From Octopus sinensis (taxonomy: Eukaryota), in contig NC_043009.1 in NCBI RefSeq assembly GCF_006345805.1, positions 50,840,001-50,904,000 of the forward strand: a stretch of 64,000 nucleotides of DNA, given 5' to 3'. How positions within the stretch are numbered: the stretch's first letter is position 1; every line of letters starts with the position of its first letter. Below, in pieces: positions 41,620 to 55,460 of this stretch. The position numbers and the translations under genes were made by a program. The notes under the pieces were generated by a model. It had not been told where the DNA came from. It made no database searches and worked only from the letters and a program-made list of their open reading frames with translations.

Positions 41620-41800
41620 CAAAAAATTAAGGGGAGAACTGTATAGTATTACAGGTCCGACAGCTGTTTCGGGGAATTCGGAATTACGTTCTAACTTTGG
41701 CAGATGTAATTCGCAAGAAGTCAAGAATATTCAACCAATAGTGGAAGCATATAAACATTGAGTAAATCCGGCCTCCGTCTTCAGGGTGGAGAGATAGATA
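41620..41800 (-). mobile_element. Penelope-like repeat fragment with hammerhead-like motif
   Basis: Minus CTGAAGA...long imperfect stem...GAAAC AGCT GTC. Confidence 0.4.
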
Positions 41801-41872
41801 TCTCACAAGTACATACACGTGCATGTGTGCGTGTAAAAAAAAAATGTATATACATATATATGTATGTGTGTG

Positions 41873-41949
<77 letters not shown>

Positions 41950-42048
41950 CATATATATGTATGTTATATATATAATATATAATCTATATTACATATATAT
42001 TATTATATAATATTTATATATATATATATACATATATATACATACATT

Positions 42049-42092
<44 letters not shown>

Positions 42093-42126
42093 ATATATAT
42101 ATATATTATATAATTTATATATATAT

Positions 42127-42345
42127 GGCGAGCTGGCAGAAACGTTAGCACGCCGGATGAAATGCTAAGCAGTATTTCGTCTGCGTTACTTGTGAGTTCA
42201 ATTCCGCGAGGTTGACTTTGCCTTTGTCCCTTCGGGGTCGATAAACTAATACCAGTTCCGCACTGGGGTCGATGTAATCGACTTAATACCTATGTCTGTC
42301 CTTGTTTGTCCCCTCTTGTTTGGCCCCTGTGGGTAATAATAAGAA

Positions 42346-42347
<2 letters not shown>
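42127..42347 (+). mobile_element. SINE family B, tail type 1, inside (AT)n
   Basis: Head to taataataagaaata. Confidence 0.85.
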
Positions 42348-42387
<40 letters not shown>

Positions 42388-42427
42388 ATACATACATTTA
42401 TATATACATACATATATATATACATGT

Positions 42428-42681
42428 GGAGGCGCAATGACCTAGTGGTTAGGGCAGCGGACTCGCGGTCGCAGGATCGCGGTTTCGATTGTGAGTGTTT
42501 ATTGAGCGAAAACACCTAAAAGCTCCACGAAATTCCGGCAGGGGGTGGTGATCACTTTTTCTCCCACTCTTTCTTCTGTTGGCCTGCTCGTTTAGCCAGC
42601 GGGGTGGCGTCATTCGAAGGCTAAAACAATGCGAACGCATTGTGACCAGCGATGGTCTGGTCGGTCACGTGATCACGTGAT
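42428..42681 (+). mobile_element. SINE family C
   Basis: Head and tcacgtgatcacgtga tail. Confidence 0.85.
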
Positions 42682-42885
42682 ATATATATACATACATTTA
42701 TATATATATATACAAACATTATATATATATATATATACATATATAGGTAGATAGATAGATGCATGTATGTGCATATGAGTGTATATATATTTGTATTTAT
42801 GTATATATATATGTATGTGTACGCATACATATATATATATATATGTGTGTACATGCATATATATATATGTATGTATATTTATGTG

Positions 42886-42917
<32 letters not shown>

Positions 42918-44090
42918 CGTGTGTGTGTGTGTGCGCGCGTATATAGTGAATTCTCTCATGAGATTCATTGTATGAAGGTCTGACATCCTATATTGTAACA
43001 ATTGCATTACCCACGCAGATGATTTGCTTTCTGTGGTGAAGGCTTATGTAGGACCAGCTACACTTTTGGGAAATGTCAATCGCAGAGAGTTGGAAGTAAT
43101 GTTTCCCAGAGGCTCAATGAACAACATTACTCAGGCTTTTCCGTTAGAGTTCAGTATCCGGGTTTGTTGACTTCGCCACGGCTAACACTCCTGGTAGAGT
43201 AAGCCCGCCCACGAGGAACATGGTGTAGCTCCCATTGTGTGTGTGTGTATGTGTGTTGTGTGTGTGTGTGTGTGTGTGTCTGAATGGGCTGTCTGTGTGT
43301 TTGTATGCAGATGAAAAACAGTTTTTGTGGTTTACGAAGTTCGTTTCTCAGGTGTCTTTTAGTACAGTCTGGCGTTAGCTATTACCTTATGAGTGGACAT
43401 TGGTAGACGGAAGAGATGTGTAGAAGGATGTCATGCACGCACACACGCGCACACATACACACTCACTCACACACACACATACGCACACACACACACACAC
43501 ACACCACACACACACGCACACACACACAAATACAAACACTCAGACTCTGACACATCTATTTACCTATCTATCTATACATACATACATACATACATACATG
43601 CCTACGTACACAAAATATTCATATATACGCACACAAACGACATATATACATGCATACATGCATGCTTACATACATACAATTATTCATGCATACATGCATA
43701 CATACATGCACGCATACATACATTCATACAAACATACATGCATTCACACAGACACATAGACACATACACAGACACAGGTAGACAGACAGACACGCACATA
43801 TGTCATTAGCACATGCCTTATAGTGTTGGTTCTCTCTCTTTACATCCTGATATTAAACCCCATCTTGGTCATCTTTACCTTTCACTTCCAGAGCGTCAGT
43901 GAAGTTAAGAAGCACAGAGAAATACCGATCACCACTCTCACAACTTCAGGCCATGTACCTTAAAATAGGGATCTCCCGACTCATAGGCCGTGGACCTGTA
44001 TCAGGCCGCACAGAAAGAATAAATTTTATAATTTCCTTTTCTCTTTTTCTTGACTATCACTGACTACTGGGTGTTTTTGCGTTATACACG

Positions 44091-44218
44091 TACGAGGGTG
44101 AGTTCGAAACTAAGGCAATTTCTATTTGCCTTACTTCTGACTCATCGTCGTTTATATGGGAGGTTTGTCAAAATGTAATGCAAATAAAAATTGCTTTACT
44201 TCCTGACTCACGCTCGAA
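44091..44218. mobile_element. Mariner-type MITE
   Basis: Left TIR tacgagggtgagttcgaaactaaggcaattt; right TIR 44188-44218 (24/31 by eye); extra right-TIR copy 44124-44150. Confidence 0.65.
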
Positions 44219-44694
44219 TAACACATACGTAATAATTGTATTCTATGATCTTCTGTGTTTTGTCATGCGCATGATTCCCGATCCGTGAATAAATTGTCCT
44301 GCATGAACACGGTCCGTAGTGCTCAAATGGTTGAGGACCGTTGCCTTACATAACAATGTCTGTAGTTGTTTTAGTTAGCTCCAGCTTAATCTTGACTGAT
44401 AATTACAGCTGTACTTAATCTTGTATTTTATTTATATTATATTATTATGTTGTTGTTTTGTTGTTGTTGAAAATTAGGGTATCCAGAACATCATCTTTGT
44501 ATTAAATCTTCTTGTACCTCTTGGTCAGGATATAAGATTTGGCTGCTATTCCTAGCACGTTAGCTCATTGTAATGTAGTGAAAACGATGATGATGATGAG
44601 GAGGAGGAGGAGGAGGACGAGGACGACGAGGACGACGACGACGACCATGATGATGACGATAATGATGATGATGATGGTGATCATCATCATCATC

Positions 44695-44740
<46 letters not shown>

Positions 44741-45026
44741 ACAACAACTACAACAGCATCACCATCATGTCGTCATAACAGCAACAGTTTATTATATTTA
44801 AAGAGATGCGCTGTTGTCACGAGTGATGTTAAAGTACGTACTACGCCAGTCATGTGACCAATCATTACGTGAGGGGTGGCGGAGTTAGTGTATCCATAAA
44901 AATAAGAGAGACGGGCAAAGAGACTGAGAAATTGTTGATGTTATATGTGTGTATATGTGTATTTAAGGAGTAGATAAATGGACAGGGAGAAAAGACGACA
45001 GAAAGAGAGTGGAGTGAGAGAGAGAG

Positions 45027-45064
<38 letters not shown>

Positions 45065-45157
45065 AGAGAGCTGATCCGATAGTTCGCCCGATCGCTCCGT
45101 TCATACACACGTACATATATACATACAAACATACACACACACATACACATATATATT

Positions 45158-45486
45158 CTTTCATTCTGGAGCACCGCCTTTAGTCGAACAAATCGACCCC
45201 AGGACCTATCCTTTGTAAGCATAGTACTTATTCTATCGGTTCTTTTGCCAAACCGCTAAGTTACGGAGATGTAAACGCACCAGCATCGGTTGTCAAGCTG
45301 GGGAGACAAATATACACACACACATATTTACGACGGGCTTCTTCCAGTTTCCGTCTACCAAATCCATTCACAAGTCTTTGGTCGGCCCGATACTATAGTA
45401 GAAGACACTTGCCCAAGGTGCCACGCAGCGGCACTGAACCCAGAACCATGTGTTTGGTAAGCAAGCTACTTACTACACAGCCGCAC
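45158..45486 (-). mobile_element. SINE family A
   Basis: Near full-length. Confidence 0.8.
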
Positions 45487-45597
45487 CTGAGCCTATAGCT
45501 ACTCCTATGCCTATAGCCACACCTGCACCTATGGTCCCTCCTGCGCGCCTATATAGACAGCAGACAACTAATATATATATATATATATATATATATA

Positions 45598-45755
45598 GGC
45601 GCAGGCGTGGCTGTGAGGTAAGAAGCTTGCTTCCCAACCACATGGTCCAGGGCTCAGTGTCCTACTGCGTGTCACTTTGAGCAAGTGTCTTTTACTATAG
45701 CCTCGGACCGACCGAAGTCTTGTGAGTGGATTTGGTAGACGGAAACTGAAAGAAG
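45598..45755 (+). mobile_element. SINE family A, 5' half
   Basis: ggcgcaggcgtggctgtgaggtaag...ggaaactgaaagaagc. Confidence 0.8.
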
Positions 45756-46526
45756 CAAATAGATTGATAGATGGATACAGTATCATGTTGATGATGTTTT
45801 GAATGGTACAAATAAAATCAATCTCAATGAATTCAAGTTTACCTTTTAGTTGGAGAAAGAAAACAACAACCTAGCGGTAAGAACCAGCGACTCTGGGAGA
45901 GAAGAGTAGATTGTTTCAAGAAACTAAGAATTAAATTCACGATCGTGAAGGGAAAGCTTTTTTTCTTTGTAGCATATAGGCAGCTGCAGACATGTTTAAG
46001 CCAAATTAGATCTCATCAGCGTATCATAATCTTCTAACGCCTATTGAGTTTCATAGAGATTGAGATGACGATGTTCTTATCTTTTAATTCCAAGTCATCT
46101 CTGACAGAAGGGACTCACGAGCAAAGCCGTTCTGATCATGACCTTCTAGCCTTTTTCCATGTATTATATAGTACGAACTATATAATCTAGTGAATACTTC
46201 ATTTAAAACGATAGGATGTGATTTGAGGGAGATTTGCTTCTTGCTTGAGTAAATCAAGAGATCAAGTATGCAAACTCCTTTCTTGGCTTTTGAGATGATA
46301 GTAATGAGGATGATTACTCTTTATCATTTACATCCTATTTGTTTCAGTAGTTAGTCTGCGGCCATGCTGGGGCACCGCCTTGAAAAATTCTATGTCGGAC
46401 GAATCGATCCTAGAACTACTGTTTCTTTTTTTTTTTTAAGCCTGGTACTTATACTATTGGACCCTTTTTGTCGAAGTGCTAAGTTACGGGGACGTAAACA
46501 CAGCAACATCGGTTGTCAAACGGTGA

Positions 46527-46559
<33 letters not shown>

Positions 46560-46580
<21 letters not shown>

Positions 46581-46998
46581 CAGCAGCGGTTGTAGTCGTA
46601 ACAAAATTTGTGCTAGTGGTGTTGATGGTAGTGGTTCTGGTGATATTGCTGATCGTAGTGGTGGTGGTGGTGGTGGCGGTAGATACTGAGGTAATGGTAG
46701 TGGATTGTAGCGTTAGTCGTAGTTGAGATCGCTAGTGGTAGTCATAGGGGTAGTACTCGTTGTAGTACTACAAGCAGTATTGGTAATTGTAGAAGTGGTT
46801 GTGGTTGTGGTGTTTATAGTATGCAGGAATATGGTGAAGACAAATGGTCCTGTCAACATCACACCTCACTGCTAGTGATAGTGAACAATAGTGAGAGGAC
46901 ATTGACGACAGACGTTTATAGTATAATGTTGACGACAATGGCGGCAGCAGCGATGGACGACAACGACGACGAAGATGAAAATGGCGACGACGACGATA

Positions 46999-47035
<37 letters not shown>

Positions 47036-47090
47036 CGACGACGACGACGGCGATGATAATGATGATGATGATGATGATGATAACGATGAC

Positions 47091-47133
<43 letters not shown>

Positions 47134-47467
47134 GTAGTGGTGGTGATGACGACACCCGCGACGATGGTTGCAGTTGTGGTGCTGGTGTTGGTGGTGGGGG
47201 CTAACGACGATGACAACGACGACGATAACGGTGATAATGCCGATGATGATGATGAATGATATATTAGTACTTCGGTTCCTTTTCCTTCTCTCTGTCTCAT
47301 TCACACATGGGCACGGGTGCGCGCGTCACTCACAGACACACACATTTACAATTGGGACTTCCAGCGAAGTTTTTCAGTTATTCTGTCTGTCCTGTTGGTT
47401 ATTTTCCTTTCCGTCTCTCTCTGCTGTCCTTCCGAAGGAGATGTTGGGCAGCCTTGAGAAGGAGAAA

Positions 47468-47507
<40 letters not shown>

Positions 47508-48310
47508 TGAGAGAGAGAGAGAGAAAGAGAGAGGGGCAGAGGCAGAGAGAGAGGCAGAGAGAAAAGGAGGGACAGAGGAGGAGAGGAAAAACTTCGAAGC
47601 ATGTCTGCTTTCGTAATTATGTCATCACCACCATCTACACTTAACACCACCACCACCACACACCGCCACCATCCCACCGACCACCGCCCCATCACCACCA
47701 CCAACCACCCACCACCACCACCACCACCACCACACCACCACCAACCACCGTCCCACCACCACCACCGCCATCACCACCACCATTACCACTACCATCACCA
47801 CTACCACTATCACCACCATCATCACCACTACCACCGCCACCACCACCATCACCACCACCACCACCACCACCACTACCACCACCATCACGACGACGACCAC
47901 CACCACTGCCACCGCCACACCATCATTATCATAAGTAGCATCAACAGCAGTAGCAGCTACATCACCACCACCACCACCATCACAACTATCACAACCATCA
48001 TAATCATCATAAACAATAGCACCACCACCAACATCGCCATCATCACCATCACTACTACCACCACCGCCACCGCCACACCATCATTATCATCGTATGTAGC
48101 AACAACAGCAGCAGCACCACCACCACCACGACCTCCACTACCACCATTACTACCACCAACATTACCACCACCACTTCCACCATCGCTATCACTATCACCG
48201 CCACAACCATTTTTATTATCGCAAGTAGCACCGACACCACTAACACCACCCCCAGCACCAGCAGCACAAACACCATAATTTTTATAAGCAGCAGCACTAT
48301 CAACCACCGT
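46560..48310. repeat. GGT/GAT block, (AG)n, then CAC/CAT block with degenerate higher-order units
   Basis: ccgccacaccatcattatcat..gtagca recurs near 47905, 48065 and more loosely near 48195. Confidence 0.85.
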
Positions 48311-49017
48311 ATCTACGCCGCACCTACTATCACACTTTTAGGGACAGATCCCAAATCATTATAAATTAATTTACAGCTTTAATTACGAGATGATCAAAGT
48401 CGCCATAAAACGGTTTATTAACAGCAATGTCTAAATATTTGTATTTATGTCAATAGGTTATTTGCTTAAAAGCCAACGAGGAAGAAATAACAGTTAGTAC
48501 ACGCTCAAATCACACCATACCGTCTTAATGACTGAATCAAGCAGTGAATAATTCTAGAGCTAAGCTATTCTTTAGAGAAATGAAAATGAACAGATAGGGT
48601 TATTGTCAAAGGAATGTCTTTCTTCATGAAAACTGAAGCTGAGGAGGAACTAAACAACAGTATGCTGATAGTCAGAAAGGAGTAACTCAGACGACTGGAA
48701 ATAGTTATTTTGAATTAATGAATATTCCTCATTTGTACGTATTCCTTTAAATTATCGACTATCGCGAATCACAAAAAAACTCATATGTGTGAGTGTGTAT
48801 GTGTGTGTTTGTACTTGAATGTGTGCACACGCGCGCATACACTCACACACACACATAAAGAGGGAAATGGGCAGAAAAGAAGACACCACGACAAGAACAA
48901 GTAGTAACAACTTTTATATTAGTTTAACGCTTTAAAAAAAAAAGGTATGTTTCTTGACGTTTCGGACACTTGTCTTTCATCAAAAGAAGGATAGAAAAGA
49001 GAAGCTAAAAGAATGAA

Positions 49018-49412
49018 AAAAGCTACTTGGAAAATACTGAACGACTTTTCTACATTTACGTATTGCGGTCTATAATTTATGTATGTATGTATGTATGTAT
49101 GTATGTATGTATGTATGTATGTATGTATGTATGTACGTATGTATGCAGGTAGGTAGGTAGGTAGGTAGGTAGGTAGGTAGGTAGGTAGGTAGGCAGGTAG
49201 TAGGTGTATAGGTAATAACGTCCAACATGCGGCTATTTAAAGCTACTCGGAAAATACTGAACTTTTCTACATTTACATATTGCAGTCTATAATGTATGTA
49301 TGTATGTATGTATGTATGTATGTATGTATGTATGTATGTATGTAGGTAGGTAGTTAGGTAGGTAGGCAGGTAGTAGGTGTATAGGTAATAACGTCCAACA
49401 TGCGGCTATTTA
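49018..49412 (+). repeat. Tandem duplication of a ~200-bp unit containing (TATG)n(TAGG)n
   Basis: aaagctact.ggaaaatactgaac...ggtaataacgtccaacatgcggctatttaa occurs twice. Confidence 0.85.
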
Positions 49413-49909
49413 ACGCTTTAATTTGAATCCTGCCGAAGCCAGTTTTATATTCAATAGATTTTGGTGACAATATAATAAAGTACCAGTCATTCACTGAGTC
49501 AGTATAACCATGTAACTTATGTGAAACCTTATACATGTGTAAAACACACCTAGAAAGTAATGTCAATCACCAACGTGATTGCCCAGTAAATTTAAAAACA
49601 GTAGCCATCTTTCCTTCACATCACATACCCTTGTTTAAAACAATGGCTATACTGTGCATAGCGTTACTCAAGATATACAATCTGTAGCGAAAAACAATAC
49701 GGGCTGGTCAGGCATGGCTGGAATGTCTTTCATCGTAGGTTTATCTGCTGGGTCACAGCTGCGCTGATACCAAGCATCGGCAACAGCAAAAAATTTTTCG
49801 GCTTGTTACCCTCATCATGTCTAGTTTTTGTATGTACTTATGTGTTTGTGTACATTTTATACACACACGCACGTACATACACACACACACACAGTCACAC
49901 ACACACACA

Positions 49910-49950
<41 letters not shown>

Positions 49951-50005
49951 TACATACATGCACACACATAGAAGCGCACACACTAACAAACACAAAAACA
50001 CACCC

Positions 50006-50067
<62 letters not shown>

Positions 50068-50144
50068 TGAGTGAGTGAGTTTGGAAGAAATACATGCAGT
50101 AGTTTGCGCGCGCGTATGTGAAGGTAGGTGTGTGTGCGCGTATG

Positions 50145-50535
50145 TGTGTCTATGGTAAGAAGTCTGTATCACAACCACGACTCTGGATTCAGTGCCATTA
50201 CGTTACAACTTGTGTATGTGTCTTCTAATATAGTTCCGAGCCAACCGAAGCCTTGCAGACAGAAACTGAAGGAAGCTCGAGCCATAGATATATATGTGTG
50301 TTTGAGCGCGTGTGTGTGTGTGTGTGTGTGTATGTCTTTCTTTGTGTTCGTTTCCCACCACGACTTGACAACTAATGTTGTCTTGTTAACATCTTGTAAA
50401 CCTAGTGGTTCGTCAAAACGAAACCGATAGGATAAGTTTCAGGCTTTAAAATATTAGTAACGGCGTATATTTGTTCGATTAAACCTTACAAAGTTGTGCT
50501 CCACCATGGCCGCGGTCCAAAAACTAAAACCAATA
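50145..50535 (+). mobile_element. SINE family A, old/degenerate
   Basis: Recognisable ccaaccgaagccttg...cagaaactgaaggaagc and ccatggccgcggtc segments. Confidence 0.6.
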
Positions 50536-50549
50536 ATATATATATATAT

Positions 50550-50818
50550 AATGGCCCAGTGGTTAGGGCAGCGGACTCGCGGTCGTAGGATCGCGGTTTC
50601 GATTCCCAGACCGGGCGTTGTGAGTGTTTATTGAGCGAAAACACCTTTAAGAGCTCCACGAGGCTCCGGCAGGGGGTGGTGATCCCTGCTGTACTCTTTC
50701 ACCACTCTTTCTCCCACTCTTTCTTTTGTTGGCCTACTCATTTAGCGAAGGCTAAAACAATGCGAACGCATTGTGACCAGCGATGTGTAACATCTGATGG
50801 TCTGGTCGGTCACGTGAT

Positions 50819-50827
<9 letters not shown>
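50550..50827 (+). mobile_element. SINE family C
   Basis: atggcccagtggttagggcagcgg...tcacgtgatcacgtga. Confidence 0.85.
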
Positions 50828-50852
<25 letters not shown>

Positions 50853-51039
50853 CTATATATATATGCGTATATACCTGTTTGTGTATGTGGGCGTGTAGTT
50901 GTGTGAGTGCGTATATTATGTATGTATGTATGTACGTATCTGACTATCTGTCTATTCCCGGTTAGTTGTCCATAAGTAAAAAAGCACCCTCTAAAAGAGA
51001 GAAAGTGAAATCAGGCGGTTATACTTATATATTTGTCGT

Positions 51040-51214
51040 GTAGTATATTCTTGATTTGATCATAAACTCGGTCAGAAAGTTACCGATGTTTACGCGCCAG
51101 CAATTGCACTTGACAAAGATTGAGTCGTCAATATTGCCAAGAGCAATTGTTGGCGCCTTACCGCCGGTAACTTTCTGACTCGTTGGTTCTATGCCATAAC
51201 CAGCAATATACTAC
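51040..51214. repeat. 175-bp imperfect foldback (MITE-like or hairpin RNA)
   Basis: Nested inverted repeats of 10, 15 and 14 bp plus an inner stem; see finding. Confidence 0.75.
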
Positions 51215-51235
51215 TTGAGTATCTGTATATGTGTG

Positions 51236-51282
<47 letters not shown>

Positions 51283-51339
51283 ACGCACAGACATTCGTAC
51301 ATAAATGTGTATGTATTTAAGGACTTCCAAATTTTGCTT

Positions 51340-52400
51340 TAATCGACAAGGAGAAAGCATTAAGGAAGATATTAGGTGAAGTCTATAGAGGCTTGCATCG
51401 CATCCAGAATGGCTGGTGGGAAGAAAACGCTGAAGCTCTTCAACACTCATCAGATGCTAGATATTCTAAGGCAATATACCAACTGATGAAAGAAATCTGC
51501 GGTCCACACGAATCATCTCTTACTCCTTTTGAAATACAGGCTAGATGGAGGAAAACAGAGATTGGTGAATCGGTACGAGACAATATTATGCAGTGGCCGA
51601 GAAAGGAATGCTTAGATGAAACCCAAGTCAGAATGAAATCTATGGTGGGTATTAAGGTGTTTGAATTTTTTGTTAGGGATCTATCATATGCTGATGATTG
51701 CTTTTTAGAATCTTACACAGAACAGGAACAGCAGGATCTGATTACATTTTTTAACGCATATTGCAAAGATTTTGGCTTGGAAATGGATTTGAAGAAAACA
51801 TAAGTTATGTTTCAGGTTGCACCTGGAAATGTATATGTCAAATCAAAGATATTAGTAGGAGATAAAGAATTAAAAGTGGTGAGGTCCGTTACTTATCTGG
51901 GAAGTATACTGCAAGATGATGCAAGTTTGGAGATAGAGATCTTATAGAAAATGAAGAAGGGTTCGCAAGTTTTTGGAGATCTGGAAAACAGGCTTTCGTC
52001 ACAATACGGGATCAAATTGTATACAAAGATGGCCATTTGCACAGGTAGTGTATTCTCAGCTTTATTGTACGGCTGTGAAACTTGGATGATCTACAAACAC
52101 CAAGTTAAGATGCTTAAACAGTTTCATCTTCGTTGTTACTCAATGTAAAGTGGATCGCACACAGCCCGGATACAGAAATTCTGTAGAAAAGCTCAAACGA
52201 TTAGCATTTGAATTCAGTGTTCAGAGTGTTTTAAGGCGGAGCAGGCATTTTTTTTTTTTCGAATGAGTGATATCAAAATGTTTTATGAGAAATTGAAACA
52301 TGGAAAGTGTAAAAGCTTCAAAGCCAAAACAGCGGTACAAAGACCTTCTAAAGATGAACTTGAAATGTGCTATTTATATTGAGAAAAGGTATTTTCAAAG
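51340..52400 (+). mobile_element. Decayed, internally deleted RTE-clade LINE ORF
   Basis: NGWWEENAEALQ...KEICGP, VRDLSYADDC, LKKT, TYLGSIL, SALLYGCETW, KQFHLRC motifs; stops. Confidence 0.8.
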
Positions 52401-53141
52401 GGAGGTCATCCCTCTCTCGTAAATCTAAGCGATACGCAGGGACTGCAGTTTCGAGGTAATTTGCCTCTTGTCAACGTACGGTAATCACCGGTTTACGATG
52501 AAAGGAAGACCTGTTTGCAAATACTTATAGGTTTTTCTAGTGACTTCCGTCACTGATTTCGAAAAACTGTCTGCAAGCAATAATAAATCTCTGAACGAGA
52601 TGTAAGCAGTAAGGGCACAGAAAGTGTGCCTAAAGCCAGCTGGAGACGATGATCTCCTGGGGCTAAAAGCTACAGTAACACCCACCCTTAGTGGTTAGCC
52701 ATATTGATATGGCTAGTGTACTTTACATCCCTAAGATTGGATTCTATAAACACATCCATTGATTTCAGTCCAGACATAAGTGCAGCATGATATCTTTTGA
52801 GAAATACTTCTCGCTTTTTGAACGAGAGAATGAGAAGATATTCCCAGAATAAAATGAAAAGCAAACGCATACAACGGTTGGAACAGTGGTGTCACGTATG
52901 TGCAACTGAAAAACCTCAAGATCTTGATTTCACTTGATAGTATTACGAATACGAACGATGGAACCTTCTCGACTCCAAGCATTCATTCATCCCTGTACAA
53001 AACGGATTTTGAACTGAAAACTTACTGAATTCACAACCTGAGGTCAACTAAAGGTGAACTATGACTACACACATAAAATCAAGTAAAAATATAAAGAGGT
53101 TTGATAAAGCTGTGAATCAATCAGTATTGCTGCAGACTAGT

Positions 53142-53520
53142 GGAGGCGCAATGGCCCAGTGGTTAGGGTAGCGGACTCGCGGTCATAGGATTGCGGTTTT
53201 GATTCCCAGACCGGGCGTTGTGAGTGTTTATCGAGCCAAAACACCTAAAACTCCACGAGGCTCCGGCAGGGATGGTGGTGATCCCTGTTGTACTCTTTCA
53301 TCACAACTTTCTCTCACTCTTACTTCCTGTTTCTGTTGTACCTGTATTTCAAAGGGCCGGCTTTGTCACTCTCTGTGTCACGCTGAATATCCCCGAGAAC
53401 TACGTTAAGGGTGCACGTGTCTGTGGAGTGCACAGCCACTTACACGTTAATTTCACGAGCAGGCTGTTCCGTTGATTCGGATCAACCGGAACCCTCGTCG
53501 TCGTAACCGACGGAGTGCTT
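53142..53520 (+). mobile_element. SINE family C, long-tail variant
   Basis: 12-bp TSD attgctgcagac at 53126-53137 and 53524-53535. Confidence 0.85.
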
Positions 53521-54989
53521 CCCATTGCTGCAGACAAAGTACCATGCAGTAATTTAGTTACGCTTCTTTACTGAGTTTTGAGTTCGAATTCCGCCGGGGT
53601 CGACCTTTCATTTATTTTTCTGGAGCCAATAAAAGTAAATACTTATCGAGCCCTGGGGTCGATAAAAAAGAAATACACCCTTCTTACACGGCATGTGTCA
53701 CAGAAATCATTGCATATGCGTGGATCTTGGAAGAAATTACGAATGTGTGCTTCTTTTTCTCAAGGCAATAAGGTGTTACTTGTAAGATATTTGACTACTG
53801 TTTCTAGCATGTAAGGCATCCTTTGACTTACCTGTTAACAATAAAGGGTTTCTCTATATATTTTTGACAGTTTAACTTTATTCCCTATTGTGCATTTTAC
53901 TATAAGAATACAATGCTATTTTATGAAACTGTTCTTGTTGTTGTTGCCCTCCACAGTCTTTCAATATCAGATTTTACTTTGCACCACATATCCGCGATTA
54001 TTTTCTTCGTATTCCAATCCTTTTCTTCCATTTACACATTCTTACCATTTTACCAATACTACTAATGTGTTAGTATTGGAAAGATGGTATTTTAACTGCA
54101 GGAATTCAAACAATATTCTAAGGAAAAAATAATATACACACACAAATTAACACGCAGTCTAATATTACATTCTTCCACTTGCTGATTAGCGACAAAATGT
54201 CTTTTTTTTTTAAATCAATTAATTAGTAATATTAGATTACGCAGTTTGTCCATTAGTAGAACTGTTTTGTGTCGTTCGTTTTTTTTTTATTTTTTACTTA
54301 AGTATAATATTACTGTAATTTGCAACAAGGTCAGTTATTACCCTATATTTAGCATTTTCTTCAGTTTTAATTATTAATCTGACGTGACTATAATATTCTT
54401 TCCTAACTTTTTACTTTCGATGGTAAATGTGTTTTTAATCTACCAATTTCGAAGACACCTAGATATTTATAAGTTCGTAATTACTCAAACTCTTTTGTTT
54501 TTTTTATTTCTTTGTCTAAGAGAGCTGTATTATTGGTTCACATTAGTTTTATGTATTTATTTTTTTGTTTTTTTTTTCTTTTTTTGTTGTGGCTTTAGTT
54601 CACCTCTCTAGTTCTGTTTCTCGTCAATATTGAATCCGTGTAGCATAAGTAAGATATCTCTCGTTGTTTGTCATCTTGGAAATAGTTGTTTACCAGTCTA
54701 AAGCAGTTTTGCCTACTTTCACAATGATGTATCTTGTTGATTTTTGCTGTTGTTATTACATAATCCCAGGACTGCAGAAGACTTAGGATCAGATGCGTTC
54801 CAGCTTTGTCCATTCCATCTTTAAGGACTACTAAGTAGCATAGTGGTTAATCGTACAACACAAAAAAGAAGTGAAGGAAAACTGTCTATTTGCAATATTC
54901 TTCCTTCTTTAAGGATTGTGTTTGTTTTTATTACTCTTTATTTTATTGTTTTCCGTATTAATCAGAAGAAGAAGAATAGTACTAATGGC

Positions 54990-55460
54990 ATTTATTAAAG
55001 GGATTCTGAGACTGGAAGCGAGAAACCGGGTATCTGGTTCAGATACTTGAAACATAGTGAACTCTTTTACAACCACCCAAGTACCAGATGTGATATTAAG
55101 TCGGGTGACAACTTAAATCTACCAACCAAGAACAGGTACAATGGATTTCCGTACAGTCACTAACTCTCCGATTTATTCTTAAGACAATTATTTATCATTT
55201 GTGCCTTATATGTTTTATATACCTTCGATTTCTTGGTGCTAGTCATCTTGCACCCCGCATTTCCAGAATCCTCGAATGTTAGGTTTTGTCAAGCGCTTTT
55301 CACTAATCAACTATTCGATATTTCATTATCCCTTTTTCTGTAATCCTCAAATATGGCTTTACTATTTAGAAATCAATCTTTATGGAATTTCTGATTTGTC
55401 AAAAGTTGTTCTTACTTCTACGAGAGGGTTGATCATCTCATGACAATATTTCAAAATAAT
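54990..55460 (-). mobile_element. Possible heavily decayed non-LTR RT fragment
   Basis: IVD**KALDK(T)*HSRIL then, ~60 codons later, INRRVSD...SCHP: spacing similar to KAFD...QGCPLSP. Confidence 0.3.

Noticed and set aside
46768-48307. His-, Asp- and Gly-rich ORFs resembling cephalopod beak or suckerin proteins
   Set aside because: All frames on both strands are open because of CAC/GAT/GGT repeats; no signal peptide, splice structure or GGY modules seen.
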